Below are positions 26,801-39,060 of a DNA stretch of 64,000 nucleotides, one piece after another. The notes below the pieces were generated by a model. It was not told the DNA's origin and did no database searches. It worked only from the letters and a program-made list of their open reading frames with translations. The stretch is taken from the NCBI RefSeq assembly GCF_052425735.1, contig NC_135765.1, positions 31,000,001 to 31,064,000 on the forward strand, in the 5' to 3' direction. Source of the DNA: Oculina patagonica (lineage: Eukaryota). Within the stretch, counting starts at the first letter, position 1. Every line of letters starts with the position of its first letter. The translations under genes and the position numbers were made by a program.

Positions 26801-29800
26801 GAAGGAGTAAGGGGACTCTATCGGGTAATTTGCTGCAATTTTAATTATTTATTGCGTGATTTACATTATAAAACATAGTGATGTAATCATGATATAAAGC
26901 CCATAAAAATAGCAATAAATATAAAAAAGAAATAATTCTAATTAAACAGAAAAGAAGAAAATGTCAAAGTTCAGGACATTCATTTCATACAACAACAGAA
27001 TGTTTTAAGTAAATTTTTATGGTGGCACTAGCATATCTTTTAGGTTATAGAATAAGGAAAGAGGTTTTGCTGTTGTCCTTTCAGGGAGTTGGTCCCACAG
27101 CACAGAGAGCTGCAGTTATTGCAGGCGTAGAGCTCCCAGTTTATGACTGGTGTAAAAAGAAGATTTTGGATTACAAAATCATGGGTGACAACCCGTACAC
27201 ACATTTCTGGTTAGTGTTGGACACTGTTCTGCCAGTTATAAACTGTAATTTATGGGATTCAGGATGGTAATACTCCACCCAGACAGAGAAGAATCATTGA
27301 TTCATGCACAACACAAAGAACTATAATAAGTAGATTTAGCCAAGCCATAAAGCAGAGCTCCTGGGTTATTAACTTTGCCCTTTATTTACTGGTAATCTAA
27401 ATTTACTAACTAAAGACAGAAAAAATTAGGACTTGAGCCTGCAATCCAATGGAAAACCATAACCTGGTCAGTGGTCAACTTCAAAAAAACTATGTGTCCT
27501 GGATGAGTTCTACACCTGAGCCCACGATATGGTCATGTGATACTGGTCAGTGGATACCTTGTTTTGACAGCTGTCAATTGATCATAAAGTGGATGTAACC
27601 TTTCATTTTCCAGTATGCCTGGCAGTATGCCTCTAACTTGAGTATGGCCGCCATGTTACATGTGTAGGTACATACATACATATGCTCTAGCACACCACTT
27701 TGCTAGCCATGATGACATGTTTTCCCATTTCCATGGTTATGGGGCTGCTGGAGCTCCGCTAAAAACTGCTTTGATTCCAGGATTAGAACAGAAATACATT
27801 ATACACACCCATCTGTGCAAAGATATTATTGATAAATATAAAAAAGATTGAGTGATGTATTTTGTGATTTTGCAGTGCTAGCGGTGTGGCAGGTTTTGCA
27901 GGTGCTGTTGCATCAAATCCCATTGATGTGGTCAAGGTTGGTTAGAAATGCAAACTTAATACCAAACCACTTTGTTCCACTGCCCTGCTGACTTCCATTG
28001 GTAGATACTAACCGTCACTTTTTTAAGCATATACCGGTAATTCACAACTCTGTAAATACATTAGGTTTGTCGTTGAATAAAGCATCAAACAAACAGTTGA
28101 CAGAAGAAGAATTTCAGTGAATTTGTGTCGAAAGTTTCATCATAATTTAATGTTTTTGCTGAGAAAAAATATATTTTAATTAATGCTTCAATTTACCCAC
28201 AAAATCTCAATTTTTTAAACAGAATGAAATATGTGTGCTATGCTCTGTTCATAAAGGCAATACAAACAACATGATGAAGAAAAAATGGCTATGTGAAAAT
28301 TGAATATTCAATATATTGTGAGCTCAAATTTCTTTACAAACATGTATTGCCAGCGAAGTAGAGGGCAATCAACCAACACATAGCATAATGACAACCATTA
28401 TATTAACAAGAAAGAGGCAGGAATGGGGAGGAGGAGGGTTGGTGGAAAAGTTTGTGTCAATGAGATCAAGAACAGCACATCCATTATACAACAACAAGAA
28501 GCTCTTAGAGCTTAAAACTGCGCTGGTCACGTGACCACCCTAGGTAGCCATGTGGGGAGAATAAAAAATGCACCCCCACCCGCTTATATCCCCTTTATCT
28601 GCGTCAAACAATGTTGCGACTGACAAGCAAAATGGTAAGAAAACACCTTGTGTGACATTTCATGGTTGACTAGTTCCATCCGCAATTAAATAGTTTTCTT
28701 ATATGCTAATGCTGGCCAAATTTAATTCCCACGATCCTGATCCGTAAACCAGAAAATCGCTTATCCGGACGACGGGATTTTTTGGGCGAAGGTTTACAAC
28801 AACTGCCCCTGGGTCTCCGAGGATAAACTTTAAAATTGATAAGTACGTCTGGCTTCACGCAAGGAACGTAAATATCCGTGAGAATTTTGACAGTATTCCC
28901 CATTTCCATAAAACTGAAAACTGGCCCAATGACAATGTTTCGCAGTTTCTATAAAGTTAGTACTATTTTTGAACCTCTTCAACAGTTCAAAATTTATTTG
29001 ACCCTGTTTCGGTTTTCGTATTACAATATGCGGTTGTAAAAATGCAGCGTCTGACAAACTTTGTGTGACATTTCATGGTTGACTTGTTCTAGCCGCGATT
29101 AATAATTTTTCTTATTTGCAAATTCTGGCCGAATTCCCACGCGCGGACGCTGAAGATGTTTTTAGAACAGAGGGTATTTCCCTAGCATACCGAATGACGT
29201 AAGCGGTACAAGTCAGGGCATGTTTGTGAAGGGAATTTTTTTTATCTCTAAAATCCTTTCAATGACACAGGCCCAAAAATAATAGATTACCCTTAAAAGA
29301 GAAATACATGCAATAAATTTGTTTAGTAAAGACCAAAGGATTCGCAAAGATTTGATAGGTAGCTTATAATAGCTTTAAACATTACGTGACTTGAGCTCTA
29401 GCCGATCGAAGGTGAAACTTGTCATGTCAGCACATTCTTTTACACCAACGTAATGGTATTTATTCACAGATTCTGGCCCGCTAAATTATATTTCTCTTTG
29501 AAAGCGTGGAAATTTAGTATTTTCCATGGACTAAACGCTTCAAAATGGAATAGTTCACAATAAACATACTTTATAAAGACAAAAAAGAGAAACTTTTTCC
29601 ATTTGTTACTGATTTGTAGCTTCTAAACATTGCGTGACTTCAAGTTCGACCGAGTGGAGGTCTGGGACAGGTCACCGACAAAACGAAAAAAAATAATAAA
29701 CCCCGTGCAGAGCAAGAACTGCGCAGCGCAGTTAATAAATTATTCTAAATGCGACATTTAGTTGAAGACGCCATCTTAAATTCAAAATTCAAATTAGTAC

Positions 29801-31826
29801 CCTTGCTTCCATGTTCCAGCCTCTCTCTGAAAGTAACTGGCTAAATCGCACATAAAATTTTATTTGTGGCAAATAATGTATTTTTAAACTGAGATCACCA
29901 TTGGGGCTCAAGTGGGCAACCATCAACAACAGTGGCAGCAAGAAGACACAGCACTCAAGCCACATATTTTAAAATTTCAGGAATTTTTCCACGGAAATGG
30001 GTGGGGCAGCGATGTAAATATTCGGGCCCATTTCACAGTTTTGTGAATTTTATAGTAAAACCCTTTCCTCTCAAACAATATTCAAGATAATTACCGGTAC
30101 CATTTTGTTACAAACTTAAGGTTATCACAATTAACTTTTATAAAATTTTGAAAACGATCTCTGGCTTAAAAACTTTAAAAATATGAGCTTTCGGCTGTTT
30201 GAACTACAGCCTTCGACGGGTAAAATGTAAAAAAGGTAAAAAAATCTGAGTGTGAAGTTGAGAAATAAAAATGCTAATAACTAAGAATATTTGTATTCTC
30301 GTATTTTTAAATTTTTTAAGCCAGAGATCGAACGTTTTCAAAATTTTATAACATGTTTTATCCTGGCTGCGGTCCTTCAATATTTTCACTATTAACTTTG
30401 TCATTTGTTTGATAAACTTACCTACTGTTTCAGACAAGAATGATGAATCAAAGAAATTTGAAATTGAAGCCTGGTGATGGGACTGTCATCTATAGAAGTG
30501 CTGCACACTGTTTAGTTACAGTAAGTTACTATAAATTGTGACAATTTTTACACCTTTCAGTGTTACATGCATAGCAGCTTTCTATCAACATCCATTCTTC
30601 AACGTGCTAAACAAAGAACACGGATCAAAATCTGCCAATCACAGCCCACTAACATGACCATCTGATCTTGTAGGCTCATTTGCATGAAACCAACAACGGT
30701 ATGCATCAGTTCTAATTGGCTCATTACAAACAGCACGTCGAAAGACTTTGTCGAAAGACGATGTTGAAAGAAGGATGAAGAAAGACAGCTTTGCACCTAA
30801 CACTGAAAGTGGACCCGTGTTATTATTAATTTATTTCTGTTGAGCATCAAGTATCTGTTTCAAACTTATCACAAAGTCACATCATGACATGGTCAGACAT
30901 GACCGTTATCTTCAGTCACACTACTTACTAGAAGTGCAGATATATGTAACAACAATTTTATTATTTTGTACCCCTTCTAATTGCATTTTTAATTTACAAA
31001 ATGATTTAAGGTTGAGTGTCAATGCCCTCTAGTACAAATGACCAGTATCATTTTTCACCTGTACCTGACATTATCTCTTTTTCTCTTTTTGTAGACATTC
31101 AAGTCCGAGGGGTTTTTTGCCCTCTATAGAGGATTTGTACCACAGTTTTTGAGATTATTCCCATGGAATGTGATTGTATCCTTGAGTGAATTTCTTAACT
31201 TTGTTTGTGATATTTGTCTTAAATTTGTTGATTTTTTTAACAAGTACCTGCGACATTTTCCAAAATTATTTTCCACTGTACAGCTGCAACTTAATGGCTA
31301 TTTTGAAAAATCCATTTGCTAAATATGTTGCCTGGTCATGAATGCCTAGATGTGTTGTGTTCTTGGACAAGACATGTTACCACTCTGAGCATCTTTCCAT
31401 GTAGGAGTGTAAATGTGTACCGCAAAGTTATTGTTAAGGCAACCCGACCAAATACTGGGTTGGACTAGTATCAAAGGTAAATTAGAGGGGGCAGAGGGGG
31501 CACCCTCCCCCCCCCCCATTTTTCTTCTGACGCCTTAACTTTTAGTCGCAAATGCTCCCAGAATGCTGTAAGCATCATCTCCACAAACTTGAATTTTTCA
31601 TGGGGGGGGGGGGGGAGGTGGGGAGAGGGGGCTTGCACTCTCACCAATATTTCCCTGACCCTTTCTTTCTGAATTTTTTGGATCTGCCTGACTGTCTTGA
31701 AGTGGGGGAGTACGCAAAAAAAACTATTAATAATAAATTGCTAAAAGTTATTACAACTCTTTAACTCCTCTGCAGTTCTTTATGTCATATGAACAGTACA
31801 AGAAGTTTGGAGAAAAAACTTTATAA
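23870..31826 (+). CDS. SLC25A30: Mitochondrial carrier of the KMCP1/UCP5 (SLC25A30/SLC25A14) group (10 exons, ~298 aa)
   Basis: Exons: 23870-23924, 24576-24723, 25433-25527, 25834-25919, 26717-26824, 27085-27209, 27876-27936, 30434-30520, 31095-31175, 31776-31826 (897 nt). Three PxDxxKxR signatures ([24 protein letters not shown]); [13 protein letters not shown]...[16 protein letters not shown]...[22 protein letters not shown]25A30 versus SLC25A14 orthology cannot be resolved here. Confidence 0.88.
24993..25298. mobile_element. MITE with CCAGG/CCTGG termini and 8-9-bp TSD
   Basis: Inverted arms TTGTAAATGACGGGGATGATCGAA / TTCGATCATCCCCGTCATTTACAA; TTTGCAGT duplicated at 24985-24992 and 25299-25306. 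Confidence 0.65.
27331..27760 (-). mobile_element. Helentron-associated non-autonomous element (HINE-like)
   Basis: TAGATTTAGCCAAGCC...AGAGCTCC at one end and GGAGCTCCGCT at the other (asymmetric subterminal inverted repeat); homologous to 43393-44511. Confidence 0.55.
28515..29733. mobile_element. Possible HINE-like element in carrier intron 7
   Basis: AACTGCGCTG at 28515 and a palindromic AACTGCGCAGCGCAGTT end at ~29717-29733; internal direct repeat TTGTGTGACATTTCATGGTTGACT (~28648, ~29061). Confidence 0.4.
31176..31775 (+). other. U12-type (minor spliceosome) GT-AG intron
   Basis: 5' splice site GTATCCTT; branch-like TCTTTAAC at 31758-31765, about 10 nt before the AG; joins ...PWNVI|FFMSYEQY in frame. 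Confidence 0.8.
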
Positions 31827-32267
31827 TTTGTAGGAAACAAATAATTCAGTGACTAATTCAGCCTTTTTATTAAGGTTGACATAGGATTATGTTTCTTTTT
31901 CATTATAAATAAAATAATTCTACTATGACCAAATTAATTTATGAAGGTTTCAAATTATGGTGCTATTTATTATTATGACTGACGAATGAAAAAAAAAATT
32001 ATTTTGTAAGTTATATGTAGACATTTGTATTGATCATCAATAAATTATTAAATAACTATTATTTTTAGCCAAAACACATTTAAAAATATTTTTTTTGTAA
32101 TGCTGTTGGCGCTGTTGTGTTCTTGAGCAAGACGCTAAATTGTATATTATTAATCATTGTCATCATTATGGCTATGTTGTGGTTTAAATTTATCTTTGAT
32201 TTAATTTTTTAAAGGCAAGCAGTTTAATTTTAATTTTTCCTTTTCTCACAATCATTTTCATAACAAC

Positions 32268-32495
32268 AGGGAGGCAGCGTGGCCGAGTGGTTAGTGCGCT
32301 GGACTCACAATCCGAAGGTCGTGGGTTTGAGTCCCGTTCTGACCACTAGCTGGTGTTGCTCTCGGTCGCCCTGAGTTCAACTCCACAGCTACGTTTGTAA
32401 ATAGCCAACTGGCCTGCATCCTGCCAGTTGGATTTTTAACCATGTTATGTTTATTTAAAATATTTGTTTCAGTGTTTATTCACATTGGCCCTGAA
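32268..32495 (+). mobile_element. tRNA-derived SINE
   Basis: GGGAGGCAGCGTGGCCGAGTGGTTAG...GGGTTTGAGTCCC head followed by a non-tRNA body. Confidence 0.65.
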
Positions 32496-32506
32496 AAGTT
32501 CCCATG

Positions 32507-32951
32507 GTGTAACGCGCGCGCACAGCGTTTGAATATTCATTTTGCTAAGTACCATATTTGGAAACACGAAGAATTTGTACGCGAATGCTTTATACACGTA
32601 ATGACACACGCAACATAATTTTTGGTTTTGCGGTAAGTTACTTGAATTTCGATCTAAACACCGTAAATTTCTTACAGAAACTAAAGAAATACATTAAGTG
32701 TATCAAAGCAAAGTTCTCCAGACTACTTCAAGAAGATGAAACAGGAGAATTTAACAAAATTTAAGTTTATTCAACCAAGCTTGTTCAAAAACAAGATTAC
32801 GCCATCGAGTGCGAGCTAGCACGCGCTGTGAATTTAAACCAAATATAGTAATTTTGATTGGTTAAACGGTTTCTCATGATTTTCCAAATATGGTACTTAA
32901 TGGAAACGAATGTGCAAACGCTTTGTACAATGCGAGTCATAGGGAGTTACA
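32507..32951. mobile_element. MITE with long imperfect TIRs
   Basis: GTGTAAC...AGCGTTTG...TAAGTACCATATTTGGAAA / TTTCCAAATATGGTACTTA...CAAACGCT...GTTACAC. Confidence 0.55.
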
Positions 32952-33628
32952 CGTTTCAACCCTTATGGGTTTCTGTTAGCACGTAATGGTTCCAACTTGC
33001 CCAAAGGACAACATGGAAAATCCATTTTCTTTGAACACTGCATAATCTGAAACAAAAGAAAATAAACTGGTCTGAAAAATTTAAGCCAATGATATAAATT
33101 TAAACCACAGCAGATAACTGCAAACTGCTAGGCAAATCTTAAGAAATGTCTGGGGTAACCTGGGATGGGTTAGCATTCCATTCTAGGAGAGTAAGAATAT
33201 TCCTTGTAACTTCATACTTATAATGGAAACTAATTAAGCTTTCATTATAAGTATGAAGTTACTGAATAAAAGTTTAGCTAGTGGTAAGCAAGTGAGTCAC
33301 TGGCTAAGGTCAGAAACACATGAAACACCTATAGGTGGAAAGGTCGAAATTTAACTTTTGTACAAGCAGCAGAAACAACAATAAAAAGTAGACACCCATA
33401 AAATTTTATTGAAAACAGTACAAAAGCTACAACATAACTGTAGATAGGATAAATCTTTCAATTTATATGTATTTACTGATCAATGGGAATTCATGGGAAG
33501 ATGATTGATTTAAGGACTAATAATACTGAAAAAAAATAAAGAATTTTTTTTATTAACTGCAGAGTTGTTATCATGATAGTCTACCGTTAAGGTATTTATT
33601 TGGCTATAAGCCCGATCCCCACTTTGAG

Positions 33629-33684
33629 TAGCCTGCGAACACTCACAGTCGTATTTCCGGAAATACGTCTGCGTTCGCAGGCTA
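33629..33684. mobile_element. 56-bp AcademH-like mini element
   Basis: TAGCCTGCGAAC...GTTCGCAGGCTA with 9-bp TSD CACTTTGAG / CACTTTTAG. Confidence 0.6.
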
Positions 33685-33996
33685 CACTTTTAGCCGAGAC
33701 TCTAGATTTTTGGTTCTAATAACAATAATTTTTTCTGTCACAACTTGGTGAGCCTGATTGGAAAATGTGAGGATTTTTTTTTTCTTTTTCAGCCATTACA
33801 AACCACACTGACTACAAACTGAAAGAGCTTATAGAATTGAAGTCTTTCTAATTTATTTTGTCCATTGTTTGAAACTTCTTATTTCAATTGGCAAAAACTC
33901 AGTAGTATCTTAATTTATTACTTTCTTTATAAATTTTCTCAAAATATTTTCAAACAAACTAGCTAGTCTAATACAGTGTTATTATAACTACAGAAG

Positions 33997-34153
33997 AAAC
34001 CTGTGTAGGTTGTTTAGCGCGTTTTAAAGAGAGCACGACCGCGAGAGGGCCACGCGAGGAAACATTGAGGAGGCTTTTCCTCGCGTGGCCCTCTCGCGCC
34101 TTTCGCGTTTCCCATACGCGCGCTCGAAACAACGGCGCCTGCAACGCAGGCTA
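33997..34153. mobile_element. 157-bp deletion derivative of the AcademH-like element at 47773
   Basis: 9-bp TSD CTACAGAAG (33988-33996, 34154-34162); shares TTTTCCTCGCGTGGCCCTCTCGCGCCTTTCGCGTTT with ~49639-49676. Confidence 0.65.
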
Positions 34154-35186
34154 CTACAGAAGCAGCCATCACGACCAAGGTGAAAGTACAAATTCTCCTT
34201 ACACATCACCCTTGATTACTTTTTAATGTTACTTCTGTGAAATTAGTTTTAAATCGAGATTATCAGATTCTCATCCCGTATTCCCATCACTTAGCTGTTC
34301 GACAATGTATTGTAATTGTAATGTGAAAAGAGACATCCAACCGTACTGTACGTGCTTGTAAAGAATAATTGATCAGAAATTCAGATCAGAGATTGTGATG
34401 TCAAGCGATCGTGACTGAATTTTATTGTTAATTAATGTGAGGTGGTCTTCTGGCATTTGGTGGGAATTCTTGATTCAACAGCAAAGTAATTAGGAATAAT
34501 GAATTCCATTATCAAAGCTGGTAGATTTTAATGGGGTATAATGTGTGTGTCGATCTCTTTAAATACATCATAAAACCTGCGTTCAAATTTAGCAAAGCAT
34601 ATTATGTCATTGAAGATCTTATTAAAATGATAACATTGTTCTTCCGTCCCCTTTCTCCTTAATTTTTTTTCTGTCAAGCTGACCCTGTTTTCAACACAGG
34701 GTACTGAATTATCAACCTCACGGGAATGAAACGTTTTTTTCCACTCCAACTTTGAAGCGCGCCAAACCCAAAAATAACCAGGGACAGAACATTACTGAGT
34801 TTGTCTACTAACAGCCCCAAGATTTTTAGCCCCGACCGTGCACCAATCGATACTTTAACCCTTACAATGCTCAGCTCCCTATATCGGCAGTTAATTCTGC
34901 CTCAGAGCGGCCGATACAGAGAGTTTCAACTGTATACAGCGCAACTCGATGCAACATAGCAGTTTCCTCGATGTAACAGTTTTCTCGTGTGCTGTAAATG
35001 GCATCGTAAAGCCAATTGTTAAAACCTTACTTTCAAATAGTACTACTGTACGTTAACTTTCGAAAACAGCTTATAATTTTTTCCCGGCTTTTATTACCAG
35101 TTGTTTTCACCGAGCATAAAGCAAAACAAGTATAAGATTTCTTATTTTCTTTAGACAAAATCTCATTCGTATTATTTGAAAAAAAG

Positions 35187-35391
35187 GGGCGAATTAGACG
35201 GTACGATTTTGCCTACGATTATCACATACGACACGCCTACGCGGTGACTACAACACGAATCGCATCGTGCTAATCAATCTACCACATCCTTACGACAGAC
35301 GCGCGCGCGTGTAAATGGTAGCTAATGGTCCTAAGTCATATCGTAAACCTGTCACATTCGAAAAAGTCGGACTAGACCGTGTAAATCGCCC
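35187..35391. mobile_element. Degenerate Harbinger-type MITE
   Basis: GGGCGAATTAGACGGT / ACCGTGTAAATCGCCC imperfect TIRs. Confidence 0.45.
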
Positions 35392-35431
35392 AAATACTAT
35401 TGTCACGGAGTTGCACTTCACCTGACTCAAT

Positions 35432-37080
35432 TTACTCTTGATTATCATTTATATTGAGTTCATTTACTAATTGCCAGAAATTCTTTTCAAATCCCTCCAC
35501 AACTTCTTTAGGATGTGGAATAACACATTCATCAGAGTAAACCCCAACACGAATCCCCCCGCCATAGCTAAATATAGAAAGCCCTACACCAATATTTGCT
35601 CGTTGAGGGACCCAGAAAATTCCTTGAGCAATTTTCTGGCCACCGAGGTACAAAGTCTGCTGAGGTCCAGGGACGTTGCTAAGGACACACGACATCTTCC
35701 TGGAAAAGAAATCGATCAGAGTCCTGGAAATACACTCTGGTAACATCATCAGTAACTGGACAGTTGTTGCGGTCACCAACGGTTCGGCTGAAGTCTTGAT
35801 GATATCCATCCGTTGCTTTGTCGCTAGAAGTCGGTCCACAGCGTTTTTAGCTACAATCGGTAACCGCAGAAACACCAGGGCAAACTTGTTCTTGAGTTTG
35901 ACGGATTTTGTTGAGGCGCGTATGTCCACCGGCACTGAAGCCCACATATCCTGCCACTTTCGCAACATCTGAACTCTTGTCTTGGCGTTTGAGGTAATCG
36001 TGCAGAGCGCCTGCTAGACACGAAACCATAACATCATTAACTGTTGTGCCTGCTAGGTTTTTAACTTGTTTAACTAATGAAAGGTCTACATTCTTGGACC
36101 ATGCAACAACTTTCTTGCCACAGAGTTCTTGCCCGTGGATACTAGAGCTGATCTGCTTTCGAAAAGAACTTCGTGAGTACTATCATGGGACCCACTAAAA
36201 TCGCTTTACACCACATATAGAACCGTTGTTTGGTGGAGAATTTCTTAGGCTCTGGTCCTTGCGGTGGTACATCGTAAAGATTTCTCACAAACACCCTTGT
36301 TAAAGCGACACCATCTGCAACGCTATGGTGAACACGGAGTAATAGTCCGAAGCAGTTTTCTTCAAGGATCGGCACCACCAGAAATTGCCAGGGCGAAAGA
36401 TTTTCAGGCAACGGGGTAGAACAGATTTCGGAAATTGCTTCATCCAGATCTTCCAAACGCTTTGGAAAGTTTCCCTTCCAGTTTAAAACCTGTTTTTCCA
36501 CGCTAAATTCATCGTCTTCCTTCCAAACGAAATGCCCTAAATGTTTTTGTATTACTTGTGTCAGTCGCGGGCAAATGCGTTCGCCTTTTTCATCTTTTCC
36601 GTAAACAAGACGTTCGCATATAATCTTGCGGAGTTTCTCAATGTCCGGTGAACCTTCAATAACCATTAGAGCGTGGATAATATGGCGATTTGTCGCACGA
36701 TCTTGCTGCCAAACCGAGTCATCTTCGCGAAAAGGAATACATTTCCGTGTGAACGCAATGTAGTGTTCGACGAAAAATTTTCCTAACTTCAAAATGGCTA
36801 ACCCAAACAGCAAAAACGGGATTACAAGACAAAAGACGAGGCAGGTTACCACGCATTCCAGCTGGTAAATTATAGCAGCAATTGTGATAGCCATTAAAAG
36901 ATTGACTCCTTTATACCGCTTGTGAAGAGGTGGAATAAAAGCTATGAAGTCCTTCTGGATTTCTGCCGGTGTTTCTTCAAGACCTTCAAAAGGTGCGTGC
37001 GAAATCGACGAGAAATCTCCACAAACTGCGAAAGCTGCTTCGGCCGCGGCGGGCGACGTACTTATGCAATCAGCATTCAT
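35432..37080 (-). CDS. Intronless WS/DGAT-family wax ester synthase / diacylglycerol acyltransferase interrupted by two +1 frameshifts (assembly error or pseudogene)
   Basis: Frame 1 (37080-~36150): N-terminal TM segments, PLPENLSPWQF, catalytic VHHSVADG. Frame 2 (~36150-35960): SIHGQELCGKKVVAWS...AGTTVNDVMVSCLAGALHDY. Frame 3 (~35960-35432): ASVPVDIR...VLSNVPGP...GVGLSIFSYGG. Confidence 0.85.
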
Positions 37081-38265
37081 TTTAGATGCAATTTATCTCA
37101 AATAACGTCTGTCCAAAAACATTGGTTTAAACCAGAGGTTTTTTATCGGCTGCAATCTCGCCGCAAGAGATGTCTGAAGTATGAGAGTTCGCTGAGTGAT
37201 GCACAACGAACCCCATTATTGCCACCGGTAATTTCTGTAATGCCATTGGCTCAGCCGTGTGGTGTGAGTGTCAAATCTATTACTACCAGCAGAAATTACG
37301 AAATGCATTGTTATACCCGGAAAAATGTTTTGGGTATCGAGCTATGAGTCATGGAATATAGTTTGTAAGAGTACCTTGAAGTCTAAAGTTGCGCAAATCC
37401 ACGAGGTATTACTGTGAATATATTAAAACAAGACTGAATCTTTTTTTACATACAATTAGTTTTTATCTGTTTATTTTGACTGCCTTGCGTTTTTCTAAAG
37501 CATGTCTTTTTTCTGGTATATATGTTTTTGTACATTAGAATCACGATTCCTCAAACCCTTCGTTTCTCGAAACTCCCGATTTTTCTCCAAACCAATTTTC
37601 GTTTCCCATGGATACTGATGGATAGTACTTCTCTGTACTGAATTTTATCCCCCGATTTTTCGAAGCAATTTTCGTTTCCCCTGGATGTTCGAGAAATCGG
37701 AATTCTGCTGTAGATATTGCGTATTTTATAGAAGCGAACAACTGTGTTCTTATAGTTTGTCTATTTTTTGTCTTTCTGGAGAAATTTATCGTCTGCGTTT
37801 GTTTAAACTGAAATTTTTAAATTTTGTAAGTAATACTCGAGTCTCGGTGAAAAAAAAATAAAAGGTTCGCGTAGTTATTTTCTATCCTTTTCCCGTATTT
37901 GAAAGATATTGATAAAAATGGTAGTACATAATATTGCAGCTACGCAGTCAACGACATTGAAGAAAACTTTTAACGTAATGCAAAACAAGCGTATCAGTAA
38001 AAAAAATATTAAAATACGATAAAAAATTAACAACATGACGCTGTGAAATGAGGTAAAAACTGTGGCAGTTAAGTTAATATTTATTGCCAAAATTTCTTTG
38101 TACCTAATGTATCGAATAATTATTTTAACAAAGTGTAGTGTTTTCTCCGAATTTCCATATTATTATTATATTATTGTAACTACTTTTCTACAACGAACGA
38201 AACACGTATGTCATGCTGATCAAGTAAAAAAAAGTTTCATTAAAATTTGAATTGCTAATTCAGGC

Positions 38266-38587
38266 CCCAGGGGGGGGAGGGGGGTACTTGCAGTATACAT
38301 GACGGTGGGGTCCGACGGAGCTTCATATTGGGAACCCAAAAAAATACATGAGCCTGAAATTTTACACCCAAAAAAATACCTGACATCAAAATTTTCTACA
38401 CCAAAAAGTACAAGACCTAGCACCTCTATACTGATTTATTCAATAAAACAGACTTTAAGACCTAAAAAAATATATGATAGATCTCTTGACCCAAAAAAAT
38501 ACCGAGGGTGTAAATTTTCAACCGACAAAAATACGTCGGATCTCCCCGTCATGTATACTGCAAGTCCCCCCCCCCCCCCCCCCTGGG
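38266..38587. mobile_element. MITE with 8-bp TSD
   Basis: CCCAGGG...ACTTGCAGTATACATGACGG / CCGTCATGTATACTGCAAGT...CCCTGGG; ATTCAGGC duplicated at 38258-38265 and 38588-38595. Confidence 0.75.
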
Positions 38588-39060
38588 ATTCAGGCCAACA
38601 TATCAAAATCTGATCCTCTTATTGCAGGTGACTAGGTATTAAAAAATACGTTTTTTAACATTTAAATTTACATATTTTTTACCACTGCCAGCACAGGATA
38701 CCCAGGCACGCGATTGGCTTTCAGTGGCAAAATTCATATTACCGCTACCTGAAATAGCTAACTGTTTGGTGACGTTGAACTAATTGGCTGAAATGTGCCA
38801 TATAGACGCTACGCCACGACGCTCCTCACTCCGAAAATACTGCAACCAGTATTGCAATCGTTAGAAGATTATTTTTAAAGGCTCCTAACACTGTTACACT
38901 GCCAGAAAAGATTGCGTGACGAGGCTAGCGTGACGAGCCAACGGTCGGACCCAGGCTCACCATACCACCCGTTTCCCCTTTCCACTCCTCCTCAGTTTCT
39001 GTCGTCAACGCAACAAATCCATCGCAACTCGTGTTAATTTGCATTGACAGCAAAACAAAA

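Noticed and set aside
35969-36145. An intron that would bypass the WS/DGAT frameshifts
   Set aside because: The skipped segment encodes conserved family sequence (GKKVVAWS...TVNDV), so it is exonic.
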